Below are positions 28,514-37,782 of a stretch of DNA of 64,000 bases, in pieces. The stretch is from Acidimicrobiia bacterium (GTDB taxonomy: Bacteria > Actinomycetota > Acidimicrobiia > Spongiisociales > Spongiisociaceae). Every line of letters begins with the position of its first letter. The stretch's first letter is position 1. The notes under the pieces are model-generated. The model had not been told where the DNA came from and did not search any database. It saw only the letters and a program-made list of their open reading frames with translations. Position numbers and translations under genes: made by a program. The stretch covers positions 1,799,469 through 1,863,468 of the forward strand of contig OZ246890.1 of assembly GCA_965231815.1 (NCBI GenBank). Reading direction: 5' to 3'.

Positions 28514-30262
28514 ATGAACTTGACCAGCAGCAACATCGAGCGCCGACTGCACCTCGGCGAAGACAGCCGTTGGGAGTTCAAAGCGATTGTCTTCACCGGG
28601 ACAGCGGTCAAAGGCCCACGCCAGCAGGATCTTGCGGATGAATTGTCGGCGTTCGCCAACGGACGAGGAGGGTTCCTTCTGTGCGGCGTAACGGATGACG
28701 GCCGAGTGCAGGGGATGACGCGAGCGCAGATGGACGCTCTGGAGCGGGTGCTGGTCGAAGCGTGCATCTCGTCGGTAAAGCCCTCTATCGACGTGGAGAT
28801 ATCTCGAATGGAGGCTGGTGGCGGGTCGCTCTTGGTGGTTGAAGTTCCGCCGGGGTACGCCCAGCACGACAGCCCGGGCGGCTGCTACCGCCGGGTGGGC
28901 AGTTCCAAACGCAGGATGACCAGCGACCAGTGTCTCCGGCTCGCTCAACAGAGAGGACAGGCCCGGTTTGTATGGTTTGATCGGCAGCCGGTGCCCGGCA
29001 CGGGGATCGAAACCCTGACCCATAGGCTGTGGAAACCATTGATCAGCGCGACAGGCGCCGCGGACACCCTGACGGCTCTCCAAAACCTGCGCCTGCTGGT
29101 CGGAGACGACGGTGACGTGTTGCGGGCGACGGTAGCAGGGATACTGCTGTGTACCGATGATCCGCAACGTTGGTTCCCTAATGCGTCCATAATGGCCACT
29201 CTCTACTCGGGCCGTGATCGAGCCTCCGGGCAGCACGACGCGCAGGAGATCACCGGTCCGCTCCATGAGCAGATCGCCGGGGCGGTACGGTTCGTGTTGC
29301 GCAACATGCGAGTGGCTGCTCGCAAGACACCCGGACGGGTTGACATACCTCAATACAGTATCGAGGCGGTATTCGAGGCCGTGGTGAACGCGGTGGCGCA
29401 CCGCGACTATTCCGTTCAGGGACAACGGATCAGGCTGTCGATGTTCGCGGATCGGCTGGAGATCGACTCACCGGGCGCTCTTCCCAACGGCATGACCATT
29501 GAGAACATGGAGGTCAGCCAATCCACACGAAACGACGTCATTGCGTCGGTCTTCGGGCGGGTTGCCGTAGCCGGCATCCCCGGTTCGCAGAACCGTCAAT
29601 TCCTCATGGAACGCCGAGGTGACGGGGTGGCCGTCATTCTTAGGCGAACCCGGGAGACATCCGGTCGGGATCCGGTTTACCGGCTGATCGACGAGTCCAA
29701 CCTCGGGCTGACTATCCCGGCCGCCTCCCTCGAGTTTGTCCCGGCCCATGCCACCGTCTCGGTTCGATCCTCGGCCGGTCCTCTCCCCGGCGCTGATGTC
29801 CTGATCCTATTCCCGAACAACACCTGGAAACGGGCCGTGACCGGCGAGAACGGGGAGACCACCGTCGCGCTGTACACGACGCATCTGCCCATGAGGGTGT
29901 TCGTAGCAGCCACCGGCTACTCGGCGCATGTGGGTAAGGAATGGATTCCCGGCCGGGGTGGGATGGTTGTTGAGCTTGATGATCTCCCCGCCGGCGGGGC
30001 GGTAATCTTTCCGGAGGGAACCGGATATGTTCCGGGATTGGCAGGGCGATTGAACCCAATCCGCGATGGCCATGACAGAACCTACCTGTACGCGTCCAAC
30101 GTCGCAATCGAGCGGGGACGCCCGCAGCCGGCCCATTTCGTACTCGGGGAAGAACTAAGCCTCACCGACGCCGAAGGCCGGGAGGTGTTGGTTCGTATGG
30201 TTGACATAGCCGGTAGCTCGGCGCTGCTTGAGTACCGGTTTCCGGTTGCTAGCCCTGATTAA
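28514..30262 (+). CDS. Schlafen-like AlbA_2 (divergent AAA) + HATPase_c_4 domain protein with ~190-aa extra C-terminal region
   Basis: N-terminal EFK ... ELSAFANGRGGFLLCGVTDDG; central NAVAHRDYSVQGQRIRLSMFADRLEIDSPGALPNGMT. Confidence 0.7.
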   Translation: MNLTSSNIERRLHLGEDSRWEFKAIVFTGTAVKGPRQQDLADELSAFANGRGGFLLCGVTDDGRVQGMTRAQMDALERVLVEACISSVKPSIDVEISRMEAGGGSLLVVEVPPGYAQHDSPGGCYRRVGSSKRRMTSDQCLRLAQQRGQARFVWFDRQPVPGTGIETLTHRLWKPLISATGAADTLTALQNLRLLVGDDGDVLRATVAGILLCTDDPQRWFPNASIMATLYSGRDRASGQHDAQEITGPLHEQIAGAVRFVLRNMRVAARKTPGRVDIPQYSIEAVFEAVVNAVAHRDYSVQGQRIRLSMFADRLEIDSPGALPNGMTIENMEVSQSTRNDVIASVFGRVAVAGIPGSQNRQFLMERRGDGVAVILRRTRETSGRDPVYRLIDESNLGLTIPAASLEFVPAHATVSVRSSAGPLPGADVLILFPNNTWKRAVTGENGETTVALYTTHLPMRVFVAATGYSAHVGKEWIPGRGGMVVELDDLPAGGAVIFPEGTGYVPGLAGRLNPIRDGHDRTYLYASNVAIERGRPQPAHFVLGEELSLTDAEGREVLVRMVDIAGSSALLEYRFPVASPD

Positions 30263-30287
30263 ACAGGGCTAGCAAGCAGGGGTACGA

Positions 30288-31100
30288 GTGCGAATAGTTG
30301 TCGTAGGGCCCGGGCGGGCCGGAGGCTCGGTGGCGGTGGCGGCCCGGATGGCCGGTCACGATGTGGTCGGGGTATACGCCCGGAGAAAAGACGCCACCGA
30401 TGTCGCCGATCACCTCGGATTGACCACCACGCTGGTGGGAGAGACCATGCCGGAGGCCGATCTCATCGTGGTGGCGGTGTCCGATGACGCCATCCGGCCG
30501 GTGGCGAAGGAAATCTCGCCGGGTGCGGCGGCGGTCCCGAGGGCGGTGCATCTGTCGGGTCTCGCTTCCCTGGAAGTTCTGGATCCCTTGCGGCGGATAG
30601 GCTTGCAAGTCGGCGCCTTCCATCCTCTCCAAACCCTTCCCGATTGGCGCACCGGCGGCGCCTCCCTGAGCGGATCCTTCGTAGGAATAACGGCGGAAGA
30701 TGATCTTGCGGAGTTTCTCGATCGGTTGGCGGTCTCGCTCGGATGTAGCCCCGTGCGGATCTCCGAGGAGATGAAGCCCCTGTATCACGCGGCGTCGGCG
30801 GCGGCTTCCTACTACGTCGCTACGGCTCTGGCTATCTCCGAGGCGCTCTACTCGAAAGCAGGCGTGAACTTGGAAGTGGCCCGGCCCCTGACCGGGCACG
30901 CAGTGGGGAACGCGTTCGACTTGGGCGCTACGCATTCTTTGACCGGCCCGATTGTCAGGGGAGACATCGGCACGGTACGCGATCAATTGGAAGCTGTAGA
31001 CCAGCATGCGCCTCATCTGTCGGAGGCCTTCCGGGCCTTCGCTCGCGCCACGGCGGGGTTGGTAAGCACCGACGAGTTATTGAAGGATGTACTGGCATGA
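30288..31100 (+). CDS. Rossmann-fold DUF2520-like protein, conserved neighbour of panC
   Basis: MRIVVVGPGRAGGSVAVAA NAD(P)-binding N-terminus. Confidence 0.6.
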   Translation: MRIVVVGPGRAGGSVAVAARMAGHDVVGVYARRKDATDVADHLGLTTTLVGETMPEADLIVVAVSDDAIRPVAKEISPGAAAVPRAVHLSGLASLEVLDPLRRIGLQVGAFHPLQTLPDWRTGGASLSGSFVGITAEDDLAEFLDRLAVSLGCSPVRISEEMKPLYHAASAAASYYVATALAISEALYSKAGVNLEVARPLTGHAVGNAFDLGATHSLTGPIVRGDIGTVRDQLEAVDQHAPHLSEAFRAFARATAGLVSTDELLKDVLA

Positions 31101-31127
31101 AGGTGGTCAGGACCATGGCGGAGGCTA

Positions 31128-31243
31128 GGAGGGTGCTGAGAAACCCCGTACAAAGGGGTTCACCCGCTAACCCACAACTCCATGACCAGGCGGTTTGCCG
31201 ACCACCGAACCCCGTAAGATTCGTTTTTCAGGACTCTCCTAGG
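31128..31243 (+). repeat. Interspersed repeat family A copy A3
   Basis: CTAGGAGGGTGCTGAGAAACCCCGTACAAAGGGGTTCACCCGCTAACCCACAACTCCATGACCAGGCGGTTTGCC ... TTTTTCAGGACTCTCCTAG; between DUF2520 gene and panC. Confidence 0.75.
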
Positions 31244-31258
31244 GCTGAGAGGAGGGGA

Positions 31259-32092
31259 GTGGTCGGTCTGGTTCCGACCATGGGCTTCTTTCATGAAGGC
31301 CATCTCTCGCTCATGGAGAGGTCGGTGAGTCAATGCGACCTGACCCTGGTCACCATATATGTCAATCCGTTGCAGTTCGACGATCCGGGAGACCTGGCGC
31401 GATACCCCGTCGACCATGATCGGGATCTGGCTCTGGCCGATCAGGTAGGCGTAGATGTGGTGGTGGTTCCCGATGCGGACGAGATGTTTGCCGCCGCTCC
31501 GCTTACACAGGTGTCGGTGGCCGGTATCGGGAGTCGCTTGGAGAGTCGCTTCCGGCCCGGTCACATGACCGGGGTAGCGACGGTGGTCACCAGATTGTTT
31601 GCCGGGTTGCAGCCCGATGTCGCCTACTTCGGTCGAAAGGATGCGCAGCAACTGGCTATGGTGACCCGGCTGGGTTCTGACTTGGGCTTCCCCATACGGG
31701 TGGTCGGCTGCCCACTCATCCGGGAGCCTGACGGTCTGGCCCTATCGTCACGAAACATCCTGCTGGGAGATCGTCGAGAGGAGGCACTCGGTCTGTCGCG
31801 TGCTCTTATGAAGGCGGCCGCGATGTTCGAGGCCGGGGAACGAAGAGCCGAGTTCATCGAAGAGGCGGTACGAAGCTATCTCGATCCCACCGCGCTCGAC
31901 TACGTGGAGGCCTGTGACGCAAATACCATGGAGCGGGTAGCAAACGCCGAAGGGGAGGTCGTTCTAGCGATGGCTGCCCGGGTCGGTTCCATCCGCCTGA
32001 TCGACAATGTACGACTTCGCGCCGAGGGGAACTCGCTCGAAGCAGATCGCGGAGTGTGGTTGGACAGCCCTAGCGTGCTCTACAGTGCGTGA
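31259..32092 (+). CDS. panC: Pantoate--beta-alanine ligase
   Basis: VGLVPTMGFFHEGHLSLM; the listed ORF start at 31097 reads through repeat A3, so a GTG start after the repeat is assumed. Confidence 0.85.
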   Translation: MVGLVPTMGFFHEGHLSLMERSVSQCDLTLVTIYVNPLQFDDPGDLARYPVDHDRDLALADQVGVDVVVVPDADEMFAAAPLTQVSVAGIGSRLESRFRPGHMTGVATVVTRLFAGLQPDVAYFGRKDAQQLAMVTRLGSDLGFPIRVVGCPLIREPDGLALSSRNILLGDRREEALGLSRALMKAAAMFEAGERRAEFIEEAVRSYLDPTALDYVEACDANTMERVANAEGEVVLAMAARVGSIRLIDNVRLRAEGNSLEADRGVWLDSPSVLYSA

Positions 32093-32140
32093 GCAGGCTC
32101 CGGTGTCACCGGATAGCCGAGGTGTCCATATGGAGAATCG

Positions 32141-32920
32141 ATGTTTCTAGCGGTTGACGTCGGTAACACCCAAACCGTTATAGGGGTATTCGAGGGCACG
32201 CGGGTAGTGAGACAATGGCGGCTGTCCAGCGGTCGGGAACGCACCAGGGATGAGTTCTCGATCCTGTTGGGGGGGCTGCTGGCCACAGGCGGTTACCGGG
32301 CGGAGGATTTTGACGGAGCGGCGATGTCCTCAGTCGTGCCCCCGGTGGCTGCTGCGCTGCGGTTATCTCTCGAGGGCTTGGTAGGGACGAGGGTCCTGGC
32401 GGTGGGGCCGGGTATCAGGACCGGGATGGCGATACAGATCGACAATCCTAGAGAGGTCGGCGCTGATCGAGTGGTTAACTCGGTGGCGGTCAAGGAGCGT
32501 TACGGGACGCCGGCCGCGGTGGTCGACTTCGGTACCGCTACCACCTTTGATGTGGTCGACCGGGATGGCTGTTATATCGGGGGAGCTATCGCTCCGGGCC
32601 TCGAAGTGTCACTGGAGGCTCTGGTAAGCGCCACCGCAACTCTCCGAAGAGTCGATCTGGTCGAACCGAGGTCGGTGGTGGGGCGGAACACCGTCGAGGC
32701 CATCCAGAGTGGTCTCCTTTTCGGGTATGCGGGTCTGGTAGATGGCATTCTGGGTCGGATAATCGAGGAAATCGGCGGAGGTTCACCGGAAGAGAGCCCT
32801 TCCGTCGTTGCCACCGGTGGTATCGCGCCTGTGATCGTTCCGTACTGCAAGCTTGTCTCCACCCTGGATGAGACCCTTACTCTTGACGGTCTGCGTCTTA
32901 TCTGGGAGCGGAACCGGTGA
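32141..32920 (+). CDS. coaX: Type III pantothenate kinase
   Basis: MFLAVDVGNTQTVIGVF. Confidence 0.85.
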   Translation: MFLAVDVGNTQTVIGVFEGTRVVRQWRLSSGRERTRDEFSILLGGLLATGGYRAEDFDGAAMSSVVPPVAAALRLSLEGLVGTRVLAVGPGIRTGMAIQIDNPREVGADRVVNSVAVKERYGTPAAVVDFGTATTFDVVDRDGCYIGGAIAPGLEVSLEALVSATATLRRVDLVEPRSVVGRNTVEAIQSGLLFGYAGLVDGILGRIIEEIGGGSPEESPSVVATGGIAPVIVPYCKLVSTLDETLTLDGLRLIWERNR

Positions 32921-32951
32921 TCCGGCTCGACTGCGGTACCCTGCGACGGTC

Positions 32952-34481
32952 ATGAGCGATTCCTCGGGTATGCCGAATCAAGAACCAACAACGGGCTCGG
33001 AGCTAGCCGATCATCCCTTAACGTCCCAGCGCCTCGAAAAAGTGGCGCGACTGCGGGCTGAAGGGATTGATCCCTATCCGCTCGGGTATCAACGGGACGC
33101 CACCGCTACCGCGCTTCACGAACGATTCGCCGAGCTTGAACCCGATTCCCGCACAGGACATGTCGTGCAGGTAGCGGGCAGGCTGATGAACATCCGGAGG
33201 CTAGGGAGATTGCTGTTCGGCGTCATCCAAGACTATTCGGGCCGGATCCAGCTGTTCGTAGATCGGAGAGGATTGCGGGAGGCGGGATTCTCCGCATTCG
33301 GCGACCTTGACCAGGGTGATTGGATCTGGGCCAAGGGTGAGGTTATGACCACCCGCCGTGGTGAACTCAGCATCCACCTCGAAGGCTTTGCGCTTCTGGC
33401 GAAGGGCCTACGGCCTCTACCCGACAAGTGGCACGGGCTCCGAGACAAGGAACGCCGCTTCCGGAGACGGGAGCTCGACCTGCTGGTCAACCCGGAAGCC
33501 AGGCGCATAGCCGAGGCCCGTTCCGCCGTCGTGTCCGAGTTGCGACACCAGTTCGAAAGGCGAGGGTTTACCGAGGTGGAGACACCCGTATTGCAGGTAC
33601 TGGCCGGCGGCGCCCTGGCTCGACCCTTCCAGACCTATCACAATGCGCTAGGCATCGACATGTACCTGCGGATAGCTACCGAACTGCATTTGAAGCGGCT
33701 GGTGGTCGGGGGCATGGAGAGGGTGTTCGAATTGGGCAGGGTGTTTCGCAACGAGGGAATCGATTCCCGGCACAATCCGGAGTTCACCACCCTAGAGGCC
33801 TACCAGGCGCTGGCGGACTACCACGACATCATGCGGCTTATGGAGGAGATTATCCCGGCGGTGTCCGAGCGGGTGTTGGGTGACGCCCTTTTGGTATACC
33901 AGGGCCGTCAACTCGATCTCCGTCCGCCCTACCCTCGTCTTCCCTTGCTGGAGTTGGTCGGCCGAGCCTTAGGCATCGAGGTTGTGCCCACCATGGCGAC
34001 ACAGGACCTCCAGGATGCCGCTGCCCGCGCCGGGATAGAAGTCGACGGCCATCCGGGGTTCGGCAAGTTGGTGGAGCAGGTGTTCGATACCCTGGTTGCT
34101 CCCGGACTGTGGAACCCGACGTTCGTGATCGATCATCCGGTCGACATATCCCCTCTGGCACGCCGCCATCGTTCGGAAGACGGCCTCGTCGAGCGGTTCG
34201 AGCTCTACATCGCGGGAAGCGAATACGTGGACGCGTTCACCGAACTCAACGATCCTGTGGACCAGCGAGACCGGTTCGAGGCGCAGGCTGCGGCGCGGAG
34301 TGCGGGTGATCACTCGGCCCATCCCGTCGACCAGGATTTCCTACGCGCGTTGGAGGTGGGAATGCCCCCCACGGGAGGTCTCGGTATCGGTGTCGATAGG
34401 CTTGTAATGCTGCTCACCGACCAGACCACCTTACGAGAGGTGGTTCTCTTCCCGCATCTGAGGCCTGAGGCTTTGAGTTGA
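32952..34481 (+). CDS. lysS: Lysine--tRNA ligase (class II)
   Basis: OB-fold region VQVAGRLMNIRRLGRLLFGVIQD and class II core; start at MSDSS. Confidence 0.9.
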   Translation: MSDSSGMPNQEPTTGSELADHPLTSQRLEKVARLRAEGIDPYPLGYQRDATATALHERFAELEPDSRTGHVVQVAGRLMNIRRLGRLLFGVIQDYSGRIQLFVDRRGLREAGFSAFGDLDQGDWIWAKGEVMTTRRGELSIHLEGFALLAKGLRPLPDKWHGLRDKERRFRRRELDLLVNPEARRIAEARSAVVSELRHQFERRGFTEVETPVLQVLAGGALARPFQTYHNALGIDMYLRIATELHLKRLVVGGMERVFELGRVFRNEGIDSRHNPEFTTLEAYQALADYHDIMRLMEEIIPAVSERVLGDALLVYQGRQLDLRPPYPRLPLLELVGRALGIEVVPTMATQDLQDAAARAGIEVDGHPGFGKLVEQVFDTLVAPGLWNPTFVIDHPVDISPLARRHRSEDGLVERFELYIAGSEYVDAFTELNDPVDQRDRFEAQAAARSAGDHSAHPVDQDFLRALEVGMPPTGGLGIGVDRLVMLLTDQTTLREVVLFPHLRPEALS

Positions 34482-34598
34482 GCGCATGGCGCAGGAAAGG
34501 AGTCATGAGACCCCCGATCTTCACCGAAACCAAGAGCGCCGCATGACCCTCCGGGCGTTAGATGGAACCCGCGGAGGCGTTACGTTCCGTGTCGAGAG

Positions 34599-35510
34599 AT
34601 GGCCGTCTCCGTGTTGACGGTCGATTGCCACCTCCATCTGACCGAATCCGCCGAGCAGGCGCCCATCTGGTGGATGGAGGAACTGTACCGCCCGTACGGC
34701 GGCGACTACGTCTGGACGGACGGGGCGGCGATCGTTCGCATTCTGGACCGGGCGGGGGCCGACATCGGAATGGTCCAGGGTTCCGACATCCGCCGCACCA
34801 CCTTCCATCCCGACTTTCCGGATCAGCGTAATGTGTACGTGCCGAATGATTACACGGCCCGGCAGGTGGCCCGGTTTCCCGACCGGCTGATCGGTGTCGC
34901 CAACATCGACCCTTTGAGGGACGTACGAGCCGGAGTCATCGAGCAGCGTCGTTGCGTGGAAGAGTTGGGCTTCAAGTCCTCGAAGTTTTTGCCTACCTAC
35001 CAGAACTACTACATCGACGATCCGGCTGTGGCCCCCATGTTCGAAAGTTGCCTGGAACTCGACATAGTCGCCCATGTGAACACCGGTTACTCGCCGACGA
35101 TCACCGCGGCCCTCCGGTACGGACACCCGGAACGCCTCGACCGGATCGGGATTCGCTACCGCGACCTGCGGGTTCTCGTCTACGTCAATTTCCCGTATGT
35201 AGATGAGGGGATCGCGGTAGTGGCTCGCCATCCCAACTTCTACGCCGACATCGCCTACTTCGTCGGCGCCGGACCGGAGTCCCTCTTCGACGCCCTCGAC
35301 AAACTTCGGGGCTTGGATGCGCTCGATCGGGTGGTCTACGGCTCGGACAACAACGACAAGGACCGGACCGGAGGTGGGCAGAGGATCGGAACCCACCTGT
35401 TGGACGAGCTAAACGGAGTGGCCGAGCGCAGGGACCGAGAGCCTTTCGTGGCGGCGCAGATCGAGGGCATCGTGGGCGGTAACGCGCGGCGTCTTTACAA
35501 ACTGGACTGA
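34599..35510 (+). CDS. Amidohydrolase-2 family (TIM-barrel metal-dependent hydrolase/decarboxylase-like) protein, paralogue 1
   Basis: HxH motif VDCHLHL; close paralogue immediately downstream. Confidence 0.7.
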   Translation: MAVSVLTVDCHLHLTESAEQAPIWWMEELYRPYGGDYVWTDGAAIVRILDRAGADIGMVQGSDIRRTTFHPDFPDQRNVYVPNDYTARQVARFPDRLIGVANIDPLRDVRAGVIEQRRCVEELGFKSSKFLPTYQNYYIDDPAVAPMFESCLELDIVAHVNTGYSPTITAALRYGHPERLDRIGIRYRDLRVLVYVNFPYVDEGIAVVARHPNFYADIAYFVGAGPESLFDALDKLRGLDALDRVVYGSDNNDKDRTGGGQRIGTHLLDELNGVAERRDREPFVAAQIEGIVGGNARRLYKLD

Positions 35511-35514
35511 GCCG

Positions 35515-36435
35515 ATGCCCACCGTCGACGTTCTGCTGTACCTGACCGAAGCCCCTCGCCATGCGCCCGTATGGTGGATGGAGGAGCTCTACCGTCCGTA
35601 TGGAGGGGAATACCGCTGGACCGACGGCGCGACTCTGGTGGATCTTCTCGATCAGGCCGGAATCGAAGTAGGTCTGGCGCATGGTTCGGACATACGTCGC
35701 ACCACTTTCCATCCGAGCTTTCCGGACGAACACGATGTGCACGTGCCCAACGACTACACCGCAGCCCAGTGCGCCGCCTATCCGGGGCGGCTCTACGGAG
35801 TGGTGTGTGTGGATCCGTTGCGCGACGTTCGCCGGGCCACGGAGGAGATCGATCGTTGCGTTCGAGAATACGGGTTCCGCATGATGAAGCTCCTACCCAC
35901 CTATCACCATCACGATCCCGATGACCGGAGGCTGGCGCCCGTCTACGAGAAGTGTTTGGAACTCGACATTCCGATCCATACCCATTCGGGGTTCACACCG
36001 ATCATCAACGCTCCTATGCACCATGCCCGCCCGGTTCTGCTCGACGAACTCGGGATCCGCTACCGGGAGCTCAAAGTGATTGTCTATCTGGCATTTCCCT
36101 ACGTGGACGAAGGTATCGCGGTGGTGGCTCGCCATCCCAACTTCTATGCCGATCTGTCCTACTACGCCGGAGGGGATCCCCGCGATCTCTATGGGGTACT
36201 GAACAAACTAAGGAGCCTAGGAGCCCTGGATCGGGCGGTCTACGGGTCCGATAACAACGACAAACAGAAATCCGGCCCCGGCGGAGTGGCGTCCGGCATT
36301 TTCCGCAACGTGAACCGGGTAGCCCGTCAGGTGGGGGGTTCCGAACTCAGCGCCGCCGAACTCAAGGCCATCATGGGCGGCACGGCCTCCCGTCTCCTGA
36401 GAATCCCGGACCGCGTTTCCGCTACGGTTGAATGA
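35515..36435 (+). CDS. Amidohydrolase-2 family protein, paralogue 2
   Basis: Long collinear similarity to 34599-35510 (WWMEELYRPYGG ... FPYVDEGIAVVARHPNFYAD ... VYGSDNNDK). Confidence 0.7.
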   Translation: MPTVDVLLYLTEAPRHAPVWWMEELYRPYGGEYRWTDGATLVDLLDQAGIEVGLAHGSDIRRTTFHPSFPDEHDVHVPNDYTAAQCAAYPGRLYGVVCVDPLRDVRRATEEIDRCVREYGFRMMKLLPTYHHHDPDDRRLAPVYEKCLELDIPIHTHSGFTPIINAPMHHARPVLLDELGIRYRELKVIVYLAFPYVDEGIAVVARHPNFYADLSYYAGGDPRDLYGVLNKLRSLGALDRAVYGSDNNDKQKSGPGGVASGIFRNVNRVARQVGGSELSAAELKAIMGGTASRLLRIPDRVSATVE

Positions 36436-36455
36436 GTGTCTTATTACCCACGGGT

Positions 36456-37775
36456 CTATCTCGACGGGGTCGGCAAGACATCGAAAACCGTCGGTTCTGA
36501 CACGTTCGCTTCCAGAGCGGTGAGAGCGGTTTCCACCACCCGCCGTCGATGCTCGAGTTCGTCGGCCTCGTCGAGGCTCGGATCGCCGAAGGGGTGGGTA
36601 ACGGCGTTGCCCTGGACGATCCGCAGCACTCCGACCGATTCGGCGAGCGGAACCAGCGCGGTGACCAAGGCGGCCGGGATACCCTGATTCTCGATTGACT
36701 TTGCCAGCGTAGACCCGCTACGCGTGCCCGTTCCTCAGGTAGAGCCCACGATCACCGCCTGCACCCCGTCGTCAATCAGAGAGCGTCCCATCTCGGCGCC
36801 TATCCGGGTCATGTCCCGAAGGGATCCCATATTGCCGGTGGTGCTCAGCAGGTCGCCATGCAGGGTAAAGCGGCCCTGTTCTTCCAGCGAGCGGGCTGCA
36901 TCGAGCGGAACCTGACGGTCGGGGTCGAGGTTGGCGAAACTGGTGTCGATGCCGCCGTGTACCGACTCGAACTCACCTTCCCTGAACCCATCCTTATCGT
37001 GGATCGGGTAGGCATACCACTTGGTAGCCCATCCCGAAGGCAGCCGGTCGGGGTTGCCGGTCGGAACGATCCCCGCTTCGGTCACCAGCGCCAGCCGGAA
37101 GGGCGCGCCCGCCACGATGGGGTCGGACGGCTCGGCCGGCCCGTACCGGGGAAGGGGCCATTCTGTCTCGTACGGCGCCCCGCGCATCTTGGCGAGCAGC
37201 ATCTCGATCGCCCTCGTTGACCCTCTAACGGATTCGAACGTGTTGCGCCGGAAGCCTTTGGTGAGGGTTCCCTCCTCCTGTGCGGCGCCGAGGCGCCGGC
37301 CGCGGCCCAGTTTGGCCACCAGCCGCGCGAGCCCCTGCAGTGCGGCCCCCATACCGGCGGCGGTCTCGGCGGTGGAAAGAACGGGAACCGAGGCCCGGTA
37401 CTCGACGGCGCCCGGGCTATCGGCATGGAGCCCGGTCACGGACGGTATTCCGAGCCGGTCGGTCACGGCTTTGCAGACTGCGCCGCAGGCAAGACCGTAC
37501 CTACCGGATCCGAATCCCGGACCCGCCACCACGATATGGGGCTCGAATCCGGCTATCAGGTCTACCACCTCGTCTACCGCGGCCTCCCCGCGCTCGGCCA
37601 TGTAGTTGTCGCCGCAGATAACCGTGCCCACGATCCGCTCGTCATCTTCCAGCAGGCGGTCCAGGCCCCTACCCGTACCTACCGGTCCCGGTTGAGAGAC
37701 CGGTCCGCTCCCGGCACGGTCCTCCCCGCCGACCCCACCGAAGAACTGGTTTAGATAGTGGACGATCCTGATCAT
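36456..37775 (-). CDS. grdB: Glycine/sarcosine/betaine reductase selenoprotein B family, with in-frame UGA (Sec) at 36735-36737
   Basis: Motifs flanking the UGA AVIVGST-U-GTGTRSG and downstream GIPAALVTALVP ... RIVQGNAVTHPFGDPSL are conserved; two listed ORFs (36735-37775, 36456-36668) are collinear through TGA. Confidence 0.8.
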
Positions 37776-37782
37776 GGTCCTA

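Noticed and set aside
31097-31258. Upstream extension of panC starting at ATG 31097
   Set aside because: The extension translates straight through repeat A3 and overlaps the preceding gene. Conserved PanC sequence begins at VVGLVPTMGF, after the repeat.
36456-36668. Stand-alone 70-aa ORF
   Set aside because: In frame with, and collinear to, the upstream ORF through a TGA. It matches the C-terminus of selenoprotein B and was merged into grdB.
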